This document shows positions 1-14,527 of a stretch of 64,000 nucleotides of DNA, piece by piece. The notes beneath the pieces are model-generated. The model had not been told where the DNA came from, made no database searches, and saw only the letters and a list, made by a program, of their open reading frames with translations. Where the stretch lies: NCBI RefSeq assembly GCF_009914755.1, contig NC_060930.1; one strand, 5' to 3'. The DNA is from the human T2T-CHM13v2.0 reference genome, Homo sapiens. The position numbers were made by a program, and so were the translations under genes. Numbering within the stretch: the first letter of the stretch is position 1; each line of letters opens with the position of its first letter.

Positions 1-285
1 ATCCTCCTGCCAGAGGGCCAGGCAGTGTCACTAGAAACAGGGCTGATTTAAGGGTTGTCCACTTGGCAAAAGGTTTCTTCTCCTGAGCCCTGGTGATAGT
101 GGCCATAGCTGTGTAGCTGGCAGACTCTGAAATATTCTGGAGGCTTTGCCTTGATGCCACATGCAGATTTCATATATGTGTTTCGGAAGCTGGCTTATCA
201 TCTGAATTTGAGAGAGTGATTTGGAAGAGGGACATGTGTTTTTGTACAGCAATGCTTCAGCAGCATTTTTCAAGCAGAGGAGCGC

Positions 286-409
286 TGTGGCTGTGCGACC
301 TCAGATGGGGTCAGACGCGGGCTGTGCTCCCTGTGGGGGTGCATGTGACTGTGCGACCTCAGACGGGGTCAGACGTGGGCTGTGCTCCCTGTGGGGGTGC
401 ATGTGGCTT
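286..409. repeat. 58-bp tandem repeat, about 2 copies
   Basis: tgtgRctgtgcgacctcagaYggggtcagacgYgggctgtgctccctgtgggggtgca at 286 and 344, partial third start at 402. Confidence 0.9.
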
Positions 410-839
410 TGGTCACAGTCGGGGAGGCTGGCCTGAGAGCAGGAAGCTTGGAGAAGCCCCCTGGGACCCATCAGAGCTCACAGCACAGATTTCCAGCAAT
501 GAGAAAATGCTGCTGCTGTCTTTGAGGAAGGCTCAAGGGCAGGAATTGTGTTGCCTTTTTTAAACAAGTAGGGCACTGTGATCTAGATTCACTCAGTGCC
601 CTGTAAGAGGGCATCTCCTGATGATGGGTCCTCCTCCCTGAGAGTGAGTATGGGCCCTCAGGATGGTACCACTCAGGTCCCCTGGGTGCTAAAGCAAGGG
701 GGCCAGGCCAGCTCAGGGATGAGAGAACTACGTGGTCGTTCGCAGGTGCACATGGAAACGTAGGGCCTCATGAAGAAAGGCTCGGCGTGAAGAGCGCGGG
801 CTCCAAGCTCCATGACGCCACTGGCTGGCTCTGTGGCAT

Positions 840-1000
840 TAGACAAGCACTTCACTTCTCTGTGCCTCAGCTGCTTTATCTGTGAAAGGGGGTCACTGAT
901 GATACCTTTCACATAGGGTCACTTCAAGGGTGAAATGAGTTAATCCACCCCAAAGTACTTAGAATGGGGCTTAGTGCACAGGATAAATGTTGGCTGTCAC
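840..1000 (+). mobile_element. MIR SINE fragment
   Basis: cacttctctgtgcctcag...tctgtgaaa...gggtgaaatgagttaat MIR core. Confidence 0.65.
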
Positions 1001-1651
1001 CCTGTCGTTATCATCATGGACTCTAGAGCCTACAGCAATCCACTAGGTATGGAGAGGGAATACTTGAACTTTCATTACATTTTATTTTCCTCGGATCTTT
1101 TTAAAATTTATTTTGGATTGCTTTGTAGCGCTCTCGTCATAATCATCTCATGGTGCATGTGTGTGTATATGTGGATAATTTAAATAACTGTTCCCATATT
1201 TAATATGATTTTTAATCACTTATTGATCATGATTGTTTAATAATAAAAGATGATTAATTTTTTACCAATGGGGCCTGCGATGAAAACTGTGGGGCCCACA
1301 GGGCTAACCAGAAGCCCCTTTGCGATTCTCCGAAAAGTGCACGCTGGCTCACTCTCCAGCTTTGCTTCCATTTAGCGACAGTGACGACCTGGTAGTGGCT
1401 TTGGGAAAGGACTCCCTGGCCATCCTCCTCTACGTGACACAGTGGTCCTGCTATTTGGGATCTCTTTGAAGCACATGAACTTCCCAGATCTGTACAGCCC
1501 AAGTGCAGAGTCCACTGGGGAGCAGCATGCATTCGCTGACCCGAAATGCTGCACCGTGCGCCCCCCAGTTCCTCAGCCACACTCGCTGTCCAGGCAGCAT
1601 GTATTGGAGGATGTCAAGTGACTGGAATTGGTGTGGGACTGTGTTTTGCAG

Positions 1652-1877
1652 GAACCAGCTGTTGCACGTGCCCTTGAGGCAGCACCAGGTGAGCTGCTGT
1701 GACTGGCTGCTGAAGATCATCTGCGGGGTGGTCACCATCCGCACCGTGTATGCCTCCCACAAGCAGGCCAAGGCCTGCCTCGTCTCTCGCGTTAGCTGTG
1801 AGCGCACAGGCACTCGCTTCCACACCCGTGGCGTGAACGACGACGGCCATGTGTCCAACTTCGTGGAGACAGAGCAG
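1652..1877 (+). CDS. SYNJ2: Synaptojanin-2 coding exon (inferred exon 4), SAC1 domain
   Basis: ttttgcag|G acceptor, CAG|gtgagt donor; 226 nt; encodes [12 protein letters not shown]...[21 protein letters not shown], the conserved SAC1 RG..N..G.V.NFVETEQ motif. Confidence 0.97.
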
Positions 1878-2916
1878 GTGAGTGCCCAGGCCCATCTGTG
1901 GCACCAAATGGTTCCGAGTGGCTGCAGCTCTTGCACACGCGCTTTCCACTTGGGGCAGAAGAGGCCCTGGCATATTTGTGGTGGTCTCTGATCAGGCTTC
2001 CTCCTATAAGTGGAGAACAGCACGTGTAATTGGGCTCCGCATGAAAATGTGACCTCTGGTTTGCATGGTGTATCCTTTCTGATTCACATCTCATGCAGGG
2101 AAAATGCTGCTTAGCCGAGGTATTTTTAACTAAACGGAATCAGGAATTTTTGCCTTGGTCGTGAAAGGTGGGCAGTATTCCAAGGGCAGCTGACAGATGA
2201 ACAAATAGGGTTTGAAAATTCTTTTAGGACAAAAATAAGTAGATCAATACAATGGGGGGATGAAAGAAGAAACCATTATTTTTTATTCTAAATCAACTGA
2301 AGCTTCTCCTGGAAGCCAGTATTAGCACCCTAGAGTTGTGAAATCTGCGTGTTAAGCAGCCGCTCCCATCCGTTCCCCTAGAATATAGCCATCTGCTTAA
2401 TTTCTCCTGGAGTTTTTTCTAAATTCTGTTCTCATTTCCAGAGATGCTGTCTTACAACTTTTAAATTTTTGCTCTAACTTGCAATCTGTAAGATAAGGCC
2501 ACCATGTGGAATACAGTGGTGTAAGCCATAAGAAAGGAAAACCCCGGAAGGCACATGTATGGTACTCCTGCCAGGGCAAGCTGGGTGCCCTGTGTTTACT
2601 GAGTGAAGGCGTGGCTGTGCGTCCCCCCTCGCTGCCGCTGCTGGGAGAGGAACGCCTTATGCGGACTTTGGCCACTTTAATCCAGCAGAGGTTTGAGCAC
2701 CTACCTTTACTGTGTGGGACTTTCTGCCTGCTCCAGTGTTCAGAGGGTAGATACAGAGATGAGGAGGCTGCTCTCAGAGTCCCCACTCAGAGGAACATCA
2801 GAGCAGGGGGCCCTAAGATGGGCAACAGCTGCAATTACTTGCCTGTAATTCTGCTCAGAATGTCTGCACTGTGGATATCAACGAGGCTATTATGTAAATA
2901 TCTGGTTAAAAATGAG

Positions 2917-4004
2917 ATTGCTTTTGGCATCTTCGTCATGAAGTCTTTGACTGTTCCTATGTCTAGAATGGTATTGCCTAGGTTGTCTTCCAGGGTTTTT
3001 ATAGTTTTGCGTTTTACATTCAAGTCTTTAACCCATCTTGAGTTGATTTTTGTATATGGTGTAAGGAAGGGGTCCAGTTTCAGTCTTCTGCATATGGCTA
3101 GCCAGTTATCCCAGCACCGTTTATTGAATAGAGAATCCTTTTCCCATTGCTTGTTTTTGTCAGGTTGGTCAAAGATCAGATGGTTGTAGGTGTACGGCCT
3201 TATTTCTGGGTTGTCTATTCTGTTTCATTGGTCTACGTATCTGTTTTTGTACCAGTGCCATGCTGCTTTGGTTACTATAGCCCTGTAGTATAGTTTGAAT
3301 TCAGGTAGTGTGATGCCTCCAGCTTTGTTCTTTTTGCTTAGGATTGCCTTGGCTATTCGGGCTCTTTTTTGGTTCCATATGAATTTTAAAATAGTTTTTT
3401 CTAGTTCTATGAAGAATGTCAATGGTAGTTTAATAGGAATAGCTTTGAATCCATAAATTGCTTTGGGCATTATGTCCATTTTAATGATATTGATTCTTCT
3501 TATCCATGAGGATGGAATGTTTTTCCATTTGTGTCATCTCCAATTTCTTTGAGCAGTGTTTTGTAATTCTCATTGTAGAGATCTTTCACCTCCCTCATAA
3601 ACTGTATTGCTAGGTATTTTATTCTTCTCACAGCAGTTGTGAATGGGATTGTGTTCCTGATTTGGCTCTCTGCTTGACTGTTGTTGGTGTATTGATTTTG
3701 TATTCTGAGACTTTGCCGAAGCTGTTTATCAGGTTAAGGAGATTTTGGGCTGAGACTGTGGTGTTTTCTAGATATAGAATCATGTTGATTGCAAACAGGG
3801 ATAGTTTGATTCCTCTCTTCCTATTGGGATGCCCTTTATTTCTTTCTCTTGCCTGATTGCCCTGGTCAAAACTTCTAATACTATTAATATGTTAAATAGG
3901 AGTGATGAGAGAGGGCATCCTTGTCCTGTGCTGGTTTTCAGCTTTTGCCCATTCAGTATGGTGTTGGCTGTGGGTTTGTCATAAATGGCTCTTATTAGTT
4001 TGAG
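2917..4004 (-). mobile_element. L1 (old L1PA-type) ORF2 segment, inverted 5' part
   Basis: Minus-strand ORFs match L1 ORF2 (PKAIY.F.AIPIKLP..FF.ELEK; [15 protein letters not shown]; [16 protein letters not shown]); has internal deletions. Confidence 0.92.
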
Positions 4005-4007
4005 GAT

Positions 4008-4990
4008 TGTGGATCTAACCAAACTAAAGAGCTTCTGCACAGCTGAAGAAACTATCAACAGAGTGAACAGACAACCTACAGAATGGGAGAAAATTTTTGC
4101 AAACTATGCATCTGACAAAGGTCTAACACCCAGCATCTATAAGGAACTTAAACAAATTTCCAAGAAAAAAAAAAAAAACATTAAAAACTGGGCAAAGGAC
4201 ATAAACAGACACTTTTCAAAAGAAGGCATACATGCGGCCAGCAATCATGGAAAAAAGCTTAACATCACTGATCATTAGAGAAATGAGAATCAAAGCCACA
4301 ATGAGCTACCCCCTCACACAAGTCAAATGGCTATTATTTGACTTGCGTGAATATTATTTGACTTGTGTGAAATGAGATACCTCCTCACACAATAATGGCT
4401 ATTGTTAAAAAGTCGAAAAATAACAGATGCTGGCAAGATTGCAGAGAAAAAGGAACGCTCATACGCTGTTGGTGGGAGTGTAAATTAGTTCCACCATTGT
4501 GGAGAACAATGTGGTGATTCCTCAGAGACCTACTCACAATAGCAAAGACATGGAATCAACCTGAATGTCCATCAGTGGTAGACTGGATAAAGAAAATGTG
4601 GTTTGTATACAGCATGGAATAGTATGCAGTCATGAAAAGGAATGAGATCATGTCCTTTCCAGCAACACGGATGCAGCTGGAGGCCATTACCCTAAGCAGA
4701 CTAAGGCAGGAGCAGAAAACCAAACACTGCATGTTCTTACTTACAAGTGGGAGCTAAATGATGAGAACACATGGATACAAAGAGGGGAACAACACACACT
4801 GGGGCCTATCAGAGGGTGGAGGATGGAGGGTAGGAGGAGGGAGAGGATCAGGAAAAATAACTAGTGGGTGCTGCTAGGCTTAATACTGGGTGACAAAATA
4901 ACCTGTACAACAAACCCACATAACATGCGTTTACCTATGTAACAAACCTGCACAAGTACCCCTGAACTTAAAATAAAAGTTAAATTTTGA
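4008..4990 (+). mobile_element. L1 ORF2 3' end and 3'UTR, sense part of the same insertion
   Basis: [32 protein letters not shown]; 3'UTR ...aacaaacctgcac..gtacccctgaacttaaaataaaagtt. Confidence 0.92.
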
Positions 4991-5284
4991 AAAATTTTAA
5001 AAAGGGGACAGAGAGAGAAGCTGTGGCCCCAGCTGGGTGGTTTTCTCTTTTCTGGCTGATGTCTGCATGGGGAGAGTCCCTTCCCTGCCCCACTTCATTA
5101 CCACTTGCCTTTTATTTTGAACTTTTATTTAAAATACTGGTTTTGGATTTCAACCAGAATTTTAAGACTTGGGGTCTCATCTATTGCATCTCATCGAGTA
5201 AGTCCCTGGGAACCACTGTCCTTTAGCGGCACTGTCCTTCCTAAAACACCGGACATTCTAACACGGAAAATGAAAGCAAACCGC

Positions 5285-6000
<716 letters not shown>

Positions 6001-8353
6001 AGCTCACCCTGGGCCGCGGATGCTGGCTCCTGTTAGAGGACTGTGCTTTACAGGCAGCGCCTGTGGCCCTGTGAGAACTCTCGCTGCAATCTTTGCTTTC
6101 TCACTTTTACAGACCAACAAGCCCTACCACAGACCAGGCTGGGCCTTGGCTCTGGCCACTTCGTGTCGCGTGCCTGCTGACTGGCGCTTGTCTCCTGTGT
6201 TGCCAGCCTGCTTGTTAGAGCTCAGAGGCAGGGACCTTGCCCCCACATCTCCTGAATCTCCCACCTCGGGCAGCCTGGCAAGGCCATAGAGATATGAACA
6301 GCCTGCCCTTCCAGCTCCTGGGGTACAGCCCGATGCTGTTGACATTGCCTCCACCTCCCTTCCTTGTCTGGGCTGGGGAGGGATTTCTTGGCTCCCATAA
6401 GCCTTTGTGGGCTTCCTAGTGTGTGTGTTTTGTCCTTTTTCGTCCTCTGGGCTCTGGGCTAGACAGGGCTGCTCTCCATGAAGTCCCCACCCAACCTTAC
6501 TCCCAGGAGCAGCAGTGATTGACAGACAGCTGGGCACCACCACCTGCCACTCACCCACAGATGCAGCCGCTGCGGATGCTGCCCCCGCCCCACCTAGAGA
6601 GCATAACTTAACCCATGGTGACTTCGTTAACAAGAGATGCGTAGCGGGGCCCCAGGAAGGTGGCCCTACACCCACGGTAGCTCTTGGTTGGGTGCCTATG
6701 TTTCAGGCTGTGCTGATGAGCCTGGAGGTGCCTGGGCTGGCCCATCCATCGGAGACCCCGGACAGCCTGGCTACCCAGGAAGGGGAGCTGTCACTTCCCA
6801 GCGCTGAGTCCAGGGCTGTCCACGTGGGCCTTCAGCAAAGCCTGACTGAGCCTGCCAGGTCCCAGGCTCTGCTCCCAGGTGGGTGGGCATGGGGGGCAGT
6901 GGTGGTGTGATGGGGGCGCAGCAGGAGTGGGGCAGGTGAAGCTGGTCCTGCCAGGTGCTGCCGCCCTTCCAGGTGGTACTTCCGATAGGTGGTGTTCGGC
7001 TGGTGACCCCTGCCTGGAGGTCGAGGGGAAGCACAGCAGGGCCAGGGCAGGGAGAAGCGTGTGCTGCGCGCAGCCCAGGAAGGAGGGGCATGGAGCAGAA
7101 AGAAACACAGGTGAACTGGAAGAGCAGAGAGGGTTCATGCTTCCTGCACACATGGGACCAGGGCATGGGCCTGGTGGGGGGTCAGCATTCCTCCAAGCCA
7201 AAAAACACAGGTGTGACAGCCCTTTTTCTAAAACATTACAGAGGCAGCAGGAGCAGAGATGGCTGCAGGGAAGTGACTGTTCCCCAAAAGCAAGAAACTC
7301 CTGTTGCCTCACTTGTATAAGCCAAGGGAACCCCTCGCTTTCTGTCTCTGGAGTCACTGAATATTTTTGTTTATGTCACTTTATAGCAGTACTGATGCTT
7401 AGGTTGATCTAAGTTCGTTTTTAAAACACAAAACACGTCTTTAAGTGGAATGCACAGTTAGTATGCTCCTGCGAAGCGGCAGCCCCGCTGCCCTCCCTGG
7501 CTCTGCGGCCACCTGCTGAGGATGGTTCTTCTAGGATGAGTCAGGAGAGTGGAGCAAGGCTCAGCCTGCAGGTCCTTGCTGAGCTCAGGGAAGCAGCCCC
7601 GTGAGGATCGGGCTGCGTGGTCTGCAGGGGAACCTGCCTGGGACCCTGTGAGATTTACCTGTTTCAGGTGCCAGTGATCTGCTGGGATTCTGGAGAGGTC
7701 CCTCAGGGGAGCCTGGCACTTCCTACCCCCTTGAGTTTGCAAAGTCACAACTGAGGGCCTGGGTTGGGACGGTGTCATGAGCTCTCCATAAGCTTTGCTT
7801 ATGGTACAGGAGCAGACTGTCTGGCGCTTCTGGAGACCTTTAACGTGCTCCTGTAGACAGTCGGGTAAACTCATTCTGGTAGCACAGCGTGGCCTCCCCC
7901 TCCACCTGACATCTGAGGAAGTGGCAGGCTCTGCATCTCGGTGGCCTCGCCCCAGGGTGCAGGGAGCAACTTTGAGGAAATTAGTGCTGAGCCTCCAGTA
8001 GGAAGGAGGACTGTGCTGGGGAGGCAGGTGAGCCCCTTGTGGTGCCGCCCGCAGGTCACACTGGCCTGGGGCCCCTGCAGAGGAAACAGGATCCACCAGC
8101 CAGGCCCGCTGACCATTTGGAAGTGGAGCGTGCACACAGGCGGCTGTGCGGTCATCGTCTGGCAAACAAATGATGGGACCGGACCAGGAGCAGACTGGCT
8201 CCCTGTGGTGGGGACTCTTGGCAGGCGGATCGGCTTCTTAGGAATTAATTCTCAGGAAGCCAGAAAAGGGGGACCCTGTGGCACCCTCTGCTTTTGCTTT
8301 GGTTTAACATGTTTCCTAGGAGGAATAATTAATCTTCTTTCTCTGAGGCAGGC

Positions 8354-8595
8354 TGTGTGTGTGTGTGCATGGGTTGTATGTGTACAGTGTGTGCGTGGTA
8401 TGTGCATTTATGTGTTGTACATGTGTGTATGTGTCATGTGCATTGTGCATTTGTGTATACATGTGTGTGGTGTGTGCCTTGTGTTTGTTTTTCATGTGTA
8501 TGTGTGCAGTGTGTGCATTTATGTGTTGTATACACACATGTGTGGGTTGTGTATGTGTTGTGTGTCTGCACGCACAGATGTTGTGTACATGTGTA
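8354..8595. repeat. Degenerate (TG)n / TGTA low-complexity tract
   Basis: Visible imperfect TG alternation; source of the Cys/Val-rich spurious ORFs. Confidence 0.9.
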
Positions 8596-9239
8596 GATAG
8601 CATCTCAGCCTCCTTGGGAGGAAGCCTTGAGTCTTTTTGGCTCTGCTGAGTCATAGCTGGTGGGCTTGCTCTGCAGTGCTGACTCACCACACAGAAAAAC
8701 AAGACCAAAAAGTCCCCTCAGTCTATTAAAAAAAAAAAAGGATGTAAGATAAATATTTGGCTATTCAAGATAAGGCCACTGACTCATTCAGGGAGGTTAG
8801 GATGACTGCGTGTCCTCCCAGGAATGCAGACTTGGAGATAATTGGTTTGCAGACACTGTATCTGGAAGCAGAAGGTCAGCAGAAAGCCTTTCAGATAGAA
8901 GGTATATGTACCCCTGTGAGTTTTCCTGCCTCGTCGCTCTCTTTTTATGGCCATTAGGTTTCTGTTCCCACTGCTCTGGAAGCGTCACTCAGGGTCACCC
9001 TCTGGCTGCTCAGTCTGGGGTCTAGGCACTGGCCTGGCCTCATCACAGCACTGGCACGGGCCTCCGACTTTTCTTCCCGTGGCCCCACTGCTCTTCCCGG
9101 TCTCCCTCCCACCTCTTGTCTGTTCCTTCTTGAATCCCTCCTTCTTCCCACGACCCAAGCTCTCTCCGACGCCAGCAGGTGCCCGCATGCATAGTCATAG
9201 CGTCAGGGCCTCTGGGGAAGAGAAAACAGCTTCGTTTTT

Positions 9240-9450
9240 TGAGTGGCTACTCTGTGCTGGGACTATGCCCCCCTCATTTACCCCTCACAGCTCATCCCTT
9301 CTCCGTGCACAAGGTGACATGAACTTCATGTAGAGAGAGGGAAACTGAGGCTGAAGATGGCTAAGTAATGTGCCCAGGGCCACCCTGCTGGGCAAATGGG
9401 GGTTTGCAAAGTGGCAGTCGGACCCAGCTTGTGCTAATACCAGAGCCCAC
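9240..9450 (-). mobile_element. MIR fragment
   Basis: gagagagggaaactgaggct...aagtaatgtgcccagggccac. Confidence 0.65.
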
Positions 9451-9861
9451 TTTCTCTCCTGCTTCCACTCTCTGTCCTGCCTCCCCACCCCAAGAGCCCT
9501 CTGTCAAAATGACATCTGTGAGGTGAGACATCACTTCTTCCACTGGTATTAAAAGTTGTTCGCCCAGAATGGAAATGTATCACTTGCATTTGATGGTCAA
9601 GTTATGCCTACTGCCTTGGGAACAAAGAAGACAGTCTTGATGATAGGACGGGGTGCAGATGTCACCTGCTTCCCCTGTGGAGGACGGGGTGGAGAACTTT
9701 GGAGCTCCTTTCTTCTTGCTCCAGTGTGGGCAGGGAGGGGCATACAGAGCACTGACAGCCCTCAGTGTTTTCAGAAGCTGGTTCTGGGCAAGTCTCAGCT
9801 TGGGAGGAGCCTGATGTGATGCTGGAAGTGGCATTGTTAGCACTTGGGGCAGTCAGAGTGA

Positions 9862-10218
<357 letters not shown>

Positions 10219-11509
10219 TAAACATTGTCTTTATATACAAATGTTGGTTTCTTTTCCAGGAACCTGGGCCTATGCAGGGCACACACGCCGGTCAGTTGTA
10301 TGTACCTAATTTCACGGTAGCCAACTATGTCTGTAGCCGTTCAAGCAACCTGCTATTTTATTCTGTTTTGTCAGTAGAAGAATGGAGTTCAACAGCTTTG
10401 CTGGTACTCAATACCTGGAAACAGACAGCATGTTCTTAACACATGCTTTTTTCCTTTGGAGATTAAGGGATAGTATTCCAGTTTGACAATGTAGATACCA
10501 GGCTCCTGTAATTCCTGTGGCCCAGGGAAACAGTGGCTCTAATTTTCAGGTCCTCCACTGCAGAATGACTCATTCCTGTGTGATCTGAGCGTGATCTCGC
10601 CTGCATGGGAAGCTGCCCTGTAAGGGAGCAGGCCGGTGAGGAACGGAAAGGACCACAGCAGCGCCCAGGCCGCCCTGCCAGGCCAGGCTAGAGTTGCGCA
10701 GATAAAGGCCCCGCATCTGATAAGTGTCGCCGCCTGCCCCTGCTGGCGCTCAGGATCGTACTTCTTGTCCTTTTAAAACTCCCTTGCACTCCAGCGTCAT
10801 TGGAGGCCTGCAGGCACACTCTGAAATAGCTGTACGTGTGGGTGGGGAGGAGATAGATGTCTTAAAGTGTACGGATCATTTGTTTCTCTGCAGGTGCTGT
10901 CACACTGGAAGCTTGTGGAAACCGTGTTGTGTGTGTTAACTGAGTGGTGTGTTTAAGAACACAGTGGGGCAGGGCCAGGACCAAGTACAAGATCAGGTTG
11001 AGTCTTGCATTGTCAAGTACGAGACTGGCTAGCACAGTCAGTGAGGTCTTTTGGCTATCACTGGTGCATTTTATTTCATTCAGTCCTTTTCTCATAGCTC
11101 TCTTCTGCTTAGCTATTTGCCAAGGCAAAAATAGAGGGCTCTAAGGAAGGTTACATTCCAGAGCACACTGACTTCTATTCATACAGGGGGTGGCGGAAGG
11201 CTGTTCCTGGGATTTTCAGGGTGACGATAAGGTTGTGCCCTAGAAGTGTGAATTCCCGGAGACCCTGGGAGGCCCCAACCCCCAGCAGACCCCCTCCTCA
11301 GAGGCTGGTCGACAGCCAGCATGCCCGCCCAGTGCCTGGCGAGAGGTCAGGGCGCATTGCCGGATGGGGGAGCAGAGGACGCCGGAGTCCACCGTCCGCC
11401 CTTCATTCTGGCTGGTGTCGGGTCACAGGTGGCCGGATCCCGTTACCCAGCCCAGGACGTTCGGTTTCATTGAAGAATACCTTTCCCTTTCTGTTTCCTT
11501 GTGCCGCAG

Positions 11510-11593
11510 ATGATTTACATGGACGATGGAGTGTCATCTTTTGTCCAGATCAGAGGCTCCGTTCCGCTGTTCTGGGAACAGCCAGGGCTTCAG
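11510..11593 (+). CDS. SYNJ2: SYNJ2 exon 5, SAC1 domain
   Basis: Pyrimidine tract + ccgcag|ATG; CAG|gtaggt; 84 nt; [28 protein letters not shown] (SAC1 [13 protein letters not shown] motif). Confidence 0.97.
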
Positions 11594-12794
11594 GTAGGTC
11601 ATGAAAAAACTTAAATGTCCCCTTGTGATGTTGTCCGCCCTGCCCTTCCCTTCAATAGCTGGGGAAGATTTCTTTTAACACGTTCGTTTCATGGCATAGT
11701 TTCCAGTCTTTTTCCTCAGCCCTGTTGTGTTGAGCTGAGCTATCAAAGTGTGCACACGTGTGTGCATATGCATGCGTGCGTGTGTGTAGAAAACACAGAC
11801 ACCACTTTGTTGTTTCTGGTCGTCAAGGATGCTGTGTGAAACCGCTGACTCGGGAACGGTGCTGCGGTGCCTGCTGAGTGGGTGCCGCGAAGTGAGCTTG
11901 GGTAGCACTGCCTGAGGTTAGACCCTGAGTTCGGTGTACTGAGGACGTTTCTGAGAGCCGTGACTCTCATGGAGGGCTTCAGGAAGGCTCTGTGGCTGCG
12001 TAGGTCTGGCACCCGGTGCTGCCTGTTGTGGGGCCACGTGAGACTTCCACAGCTTTCCCGTGATTTCTAAAAATACCCCTTGCCGTCCAAAGCAGGGCTC
12101 TGGTCAGTGCCAGAGAGATTTGGCATTCTTTCTCCTGGGAAGAGCACAGGGTGGGGACACATTCCAAGAACACATTTGTCATCAATGGAATGACACGCTG
12201 CCTCCTTCACCAGGGTCTCTAACAAGGTGGGTTATGGGCCGAGTGGACTGGAGGGGCCTCCCCACTAATCCCCAGTCTTCCTCCCTGTCCCGAGGGGACG
12301 TGGGTGCCTTCAGAAAGCCTCTCGGCCAGGGCCTTTGTCGCCTCTCGGCTCTTCTTACCGACAGCTCTCGTGTGACTGCATTTGGGTTGCCAGCCAGTGG
12401 CTACTGGGGCCCAGAGTGCCATCTGCCAGGTTCCAGGGGGTGTTTGACAACGCTGGACTCAGGGTCCCCAGTCCTGGGTTCAGCTTCTTAGCCTGCTCTT
12501 TGACTTGACCCTGTGCCAGGAGCAGGTGAGTCACTTGTCCCCATGGCTGTCAGCACGCTGCAGTGACAGCATTGGTGAAGTACTGGGTCAGCCTGGGCAG
12601 TGAGATGGATGAATGGAGGTCTCGTTTAGGCTCCACGCTCTGGTAGGGAGAAAAGTCTTGATTAACATTCAGTCTTTCCACTAGAAAGAGCGCACCACAC
12701 TGCACGAGATAACTGACGGCCTCCGGAGAAACGCTCCTGAGGACAGCTGTGACACAGAAACTCCTCCGGAGGGCTGCCCAAAGGAGGTTTTTGG

Positions 12795-13025
12795 AAAAAT
12801 AGCTTTATTGCAATATAACTTACACACCCATTTAAAGCCTACAACTTGGTGCTTTTACTGCATTTATGGTGTTGTGTAACCACCACTGTAATCTAATCTT
12901 AGAACACTTTGATCACCACTAACAAACTTTGTCCCCGTTAGTGGTCTCTCCCATCCCCTCCAAGTCTCCCTCATGCCAACTCGACTGTTCATCTACTGTC
13001 TTTATCTATAGATTTCCCATTCCAG
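12795..13025 (-). mobile_element. Old L1M 3' fragment
   Basis: aatagctttattg.aatataa...cccatttaaag..tacaa...gttgtg.aaccaccac..atctaat..tagaaca. Confidence 0.6.
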
Positions 13026-13272
13026 ACGTTCCAAAAGAGTTTTTGAAACCTGATTTTCTTTAAATATGGAGTTTTCCTTTGGAAACTTCTCGAGCTCTGT
13101 ATTCAGGAGAATGAAAGAATTGATCGAATGAGTGTGGCACAAAAAGGAGACAGGGAGACCATGTTGTGTTTCATGTAAAGTTTGTAAGAAATCCAAAAAT
13201 TAGGGGAATGGTCATGATGGATTCTTAGAATTTGGGAAGGACCCTTTGGAATTCATCCATTCCACCCTCTGA

Positions 13273-13603
<331 letters not shown>

Positions 13604-14080
13604 AGGCCAGTTCAGGGATCCTCTTCCAGGACCTCCAAAGGGCTGTCCTCCAGGCCACAACTGGGGATGGTTCCGACTCTTGGTGAATTCCTCCTGTATT
13701 GCACTGCTGCGTCTGTCTGACTCTAGAGTGTTTTGGGGTGCGCGGGAATATGTCTGATTCTTCTCCGTGTGACTCACCCTCAGTCCTTGGAGGGAGTCTT
13801 CTGGTTCCCTCTTCTTCTTGTCTTCTCTAAGGCCTCCCAACTCCTTTGGCCACCTTCCCTCCTGTTTCTAAGACTCTCAATGTTCTCATCTCCCTCATCT
13901 AAAAAATGACACTCCTTTTTGTCGTTCCCCTCTTGGATTTCATTTTGGTCTTACCTTGACCTTCGTGCTGCCTCAGATGTAGCCTGACCCGCCATGGGAT
14001 GACTGTGCCTTGGTCTGTCAGGGGCCAGGAGCAGTGGACCACGAGGTCTCAGCTTTTTGGCAGCTGTTTCACCCTCTTAA

Positions 14081-14527
<447 letters not shown>

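Noticed and set aside
2070-2078. Perfect U12 donor motif GTATCCTTT 192 nt into intron 4
   Set aside because: A 9-mer is expected about 0.25 times per 64 kb by chance, and I saw no U12 branch site before exon 5
2506-4278. ORFs resembling L1 ORF2
   Set aside because: Fragments of a truncated, inverted, frameshifted L1; not a functional gene
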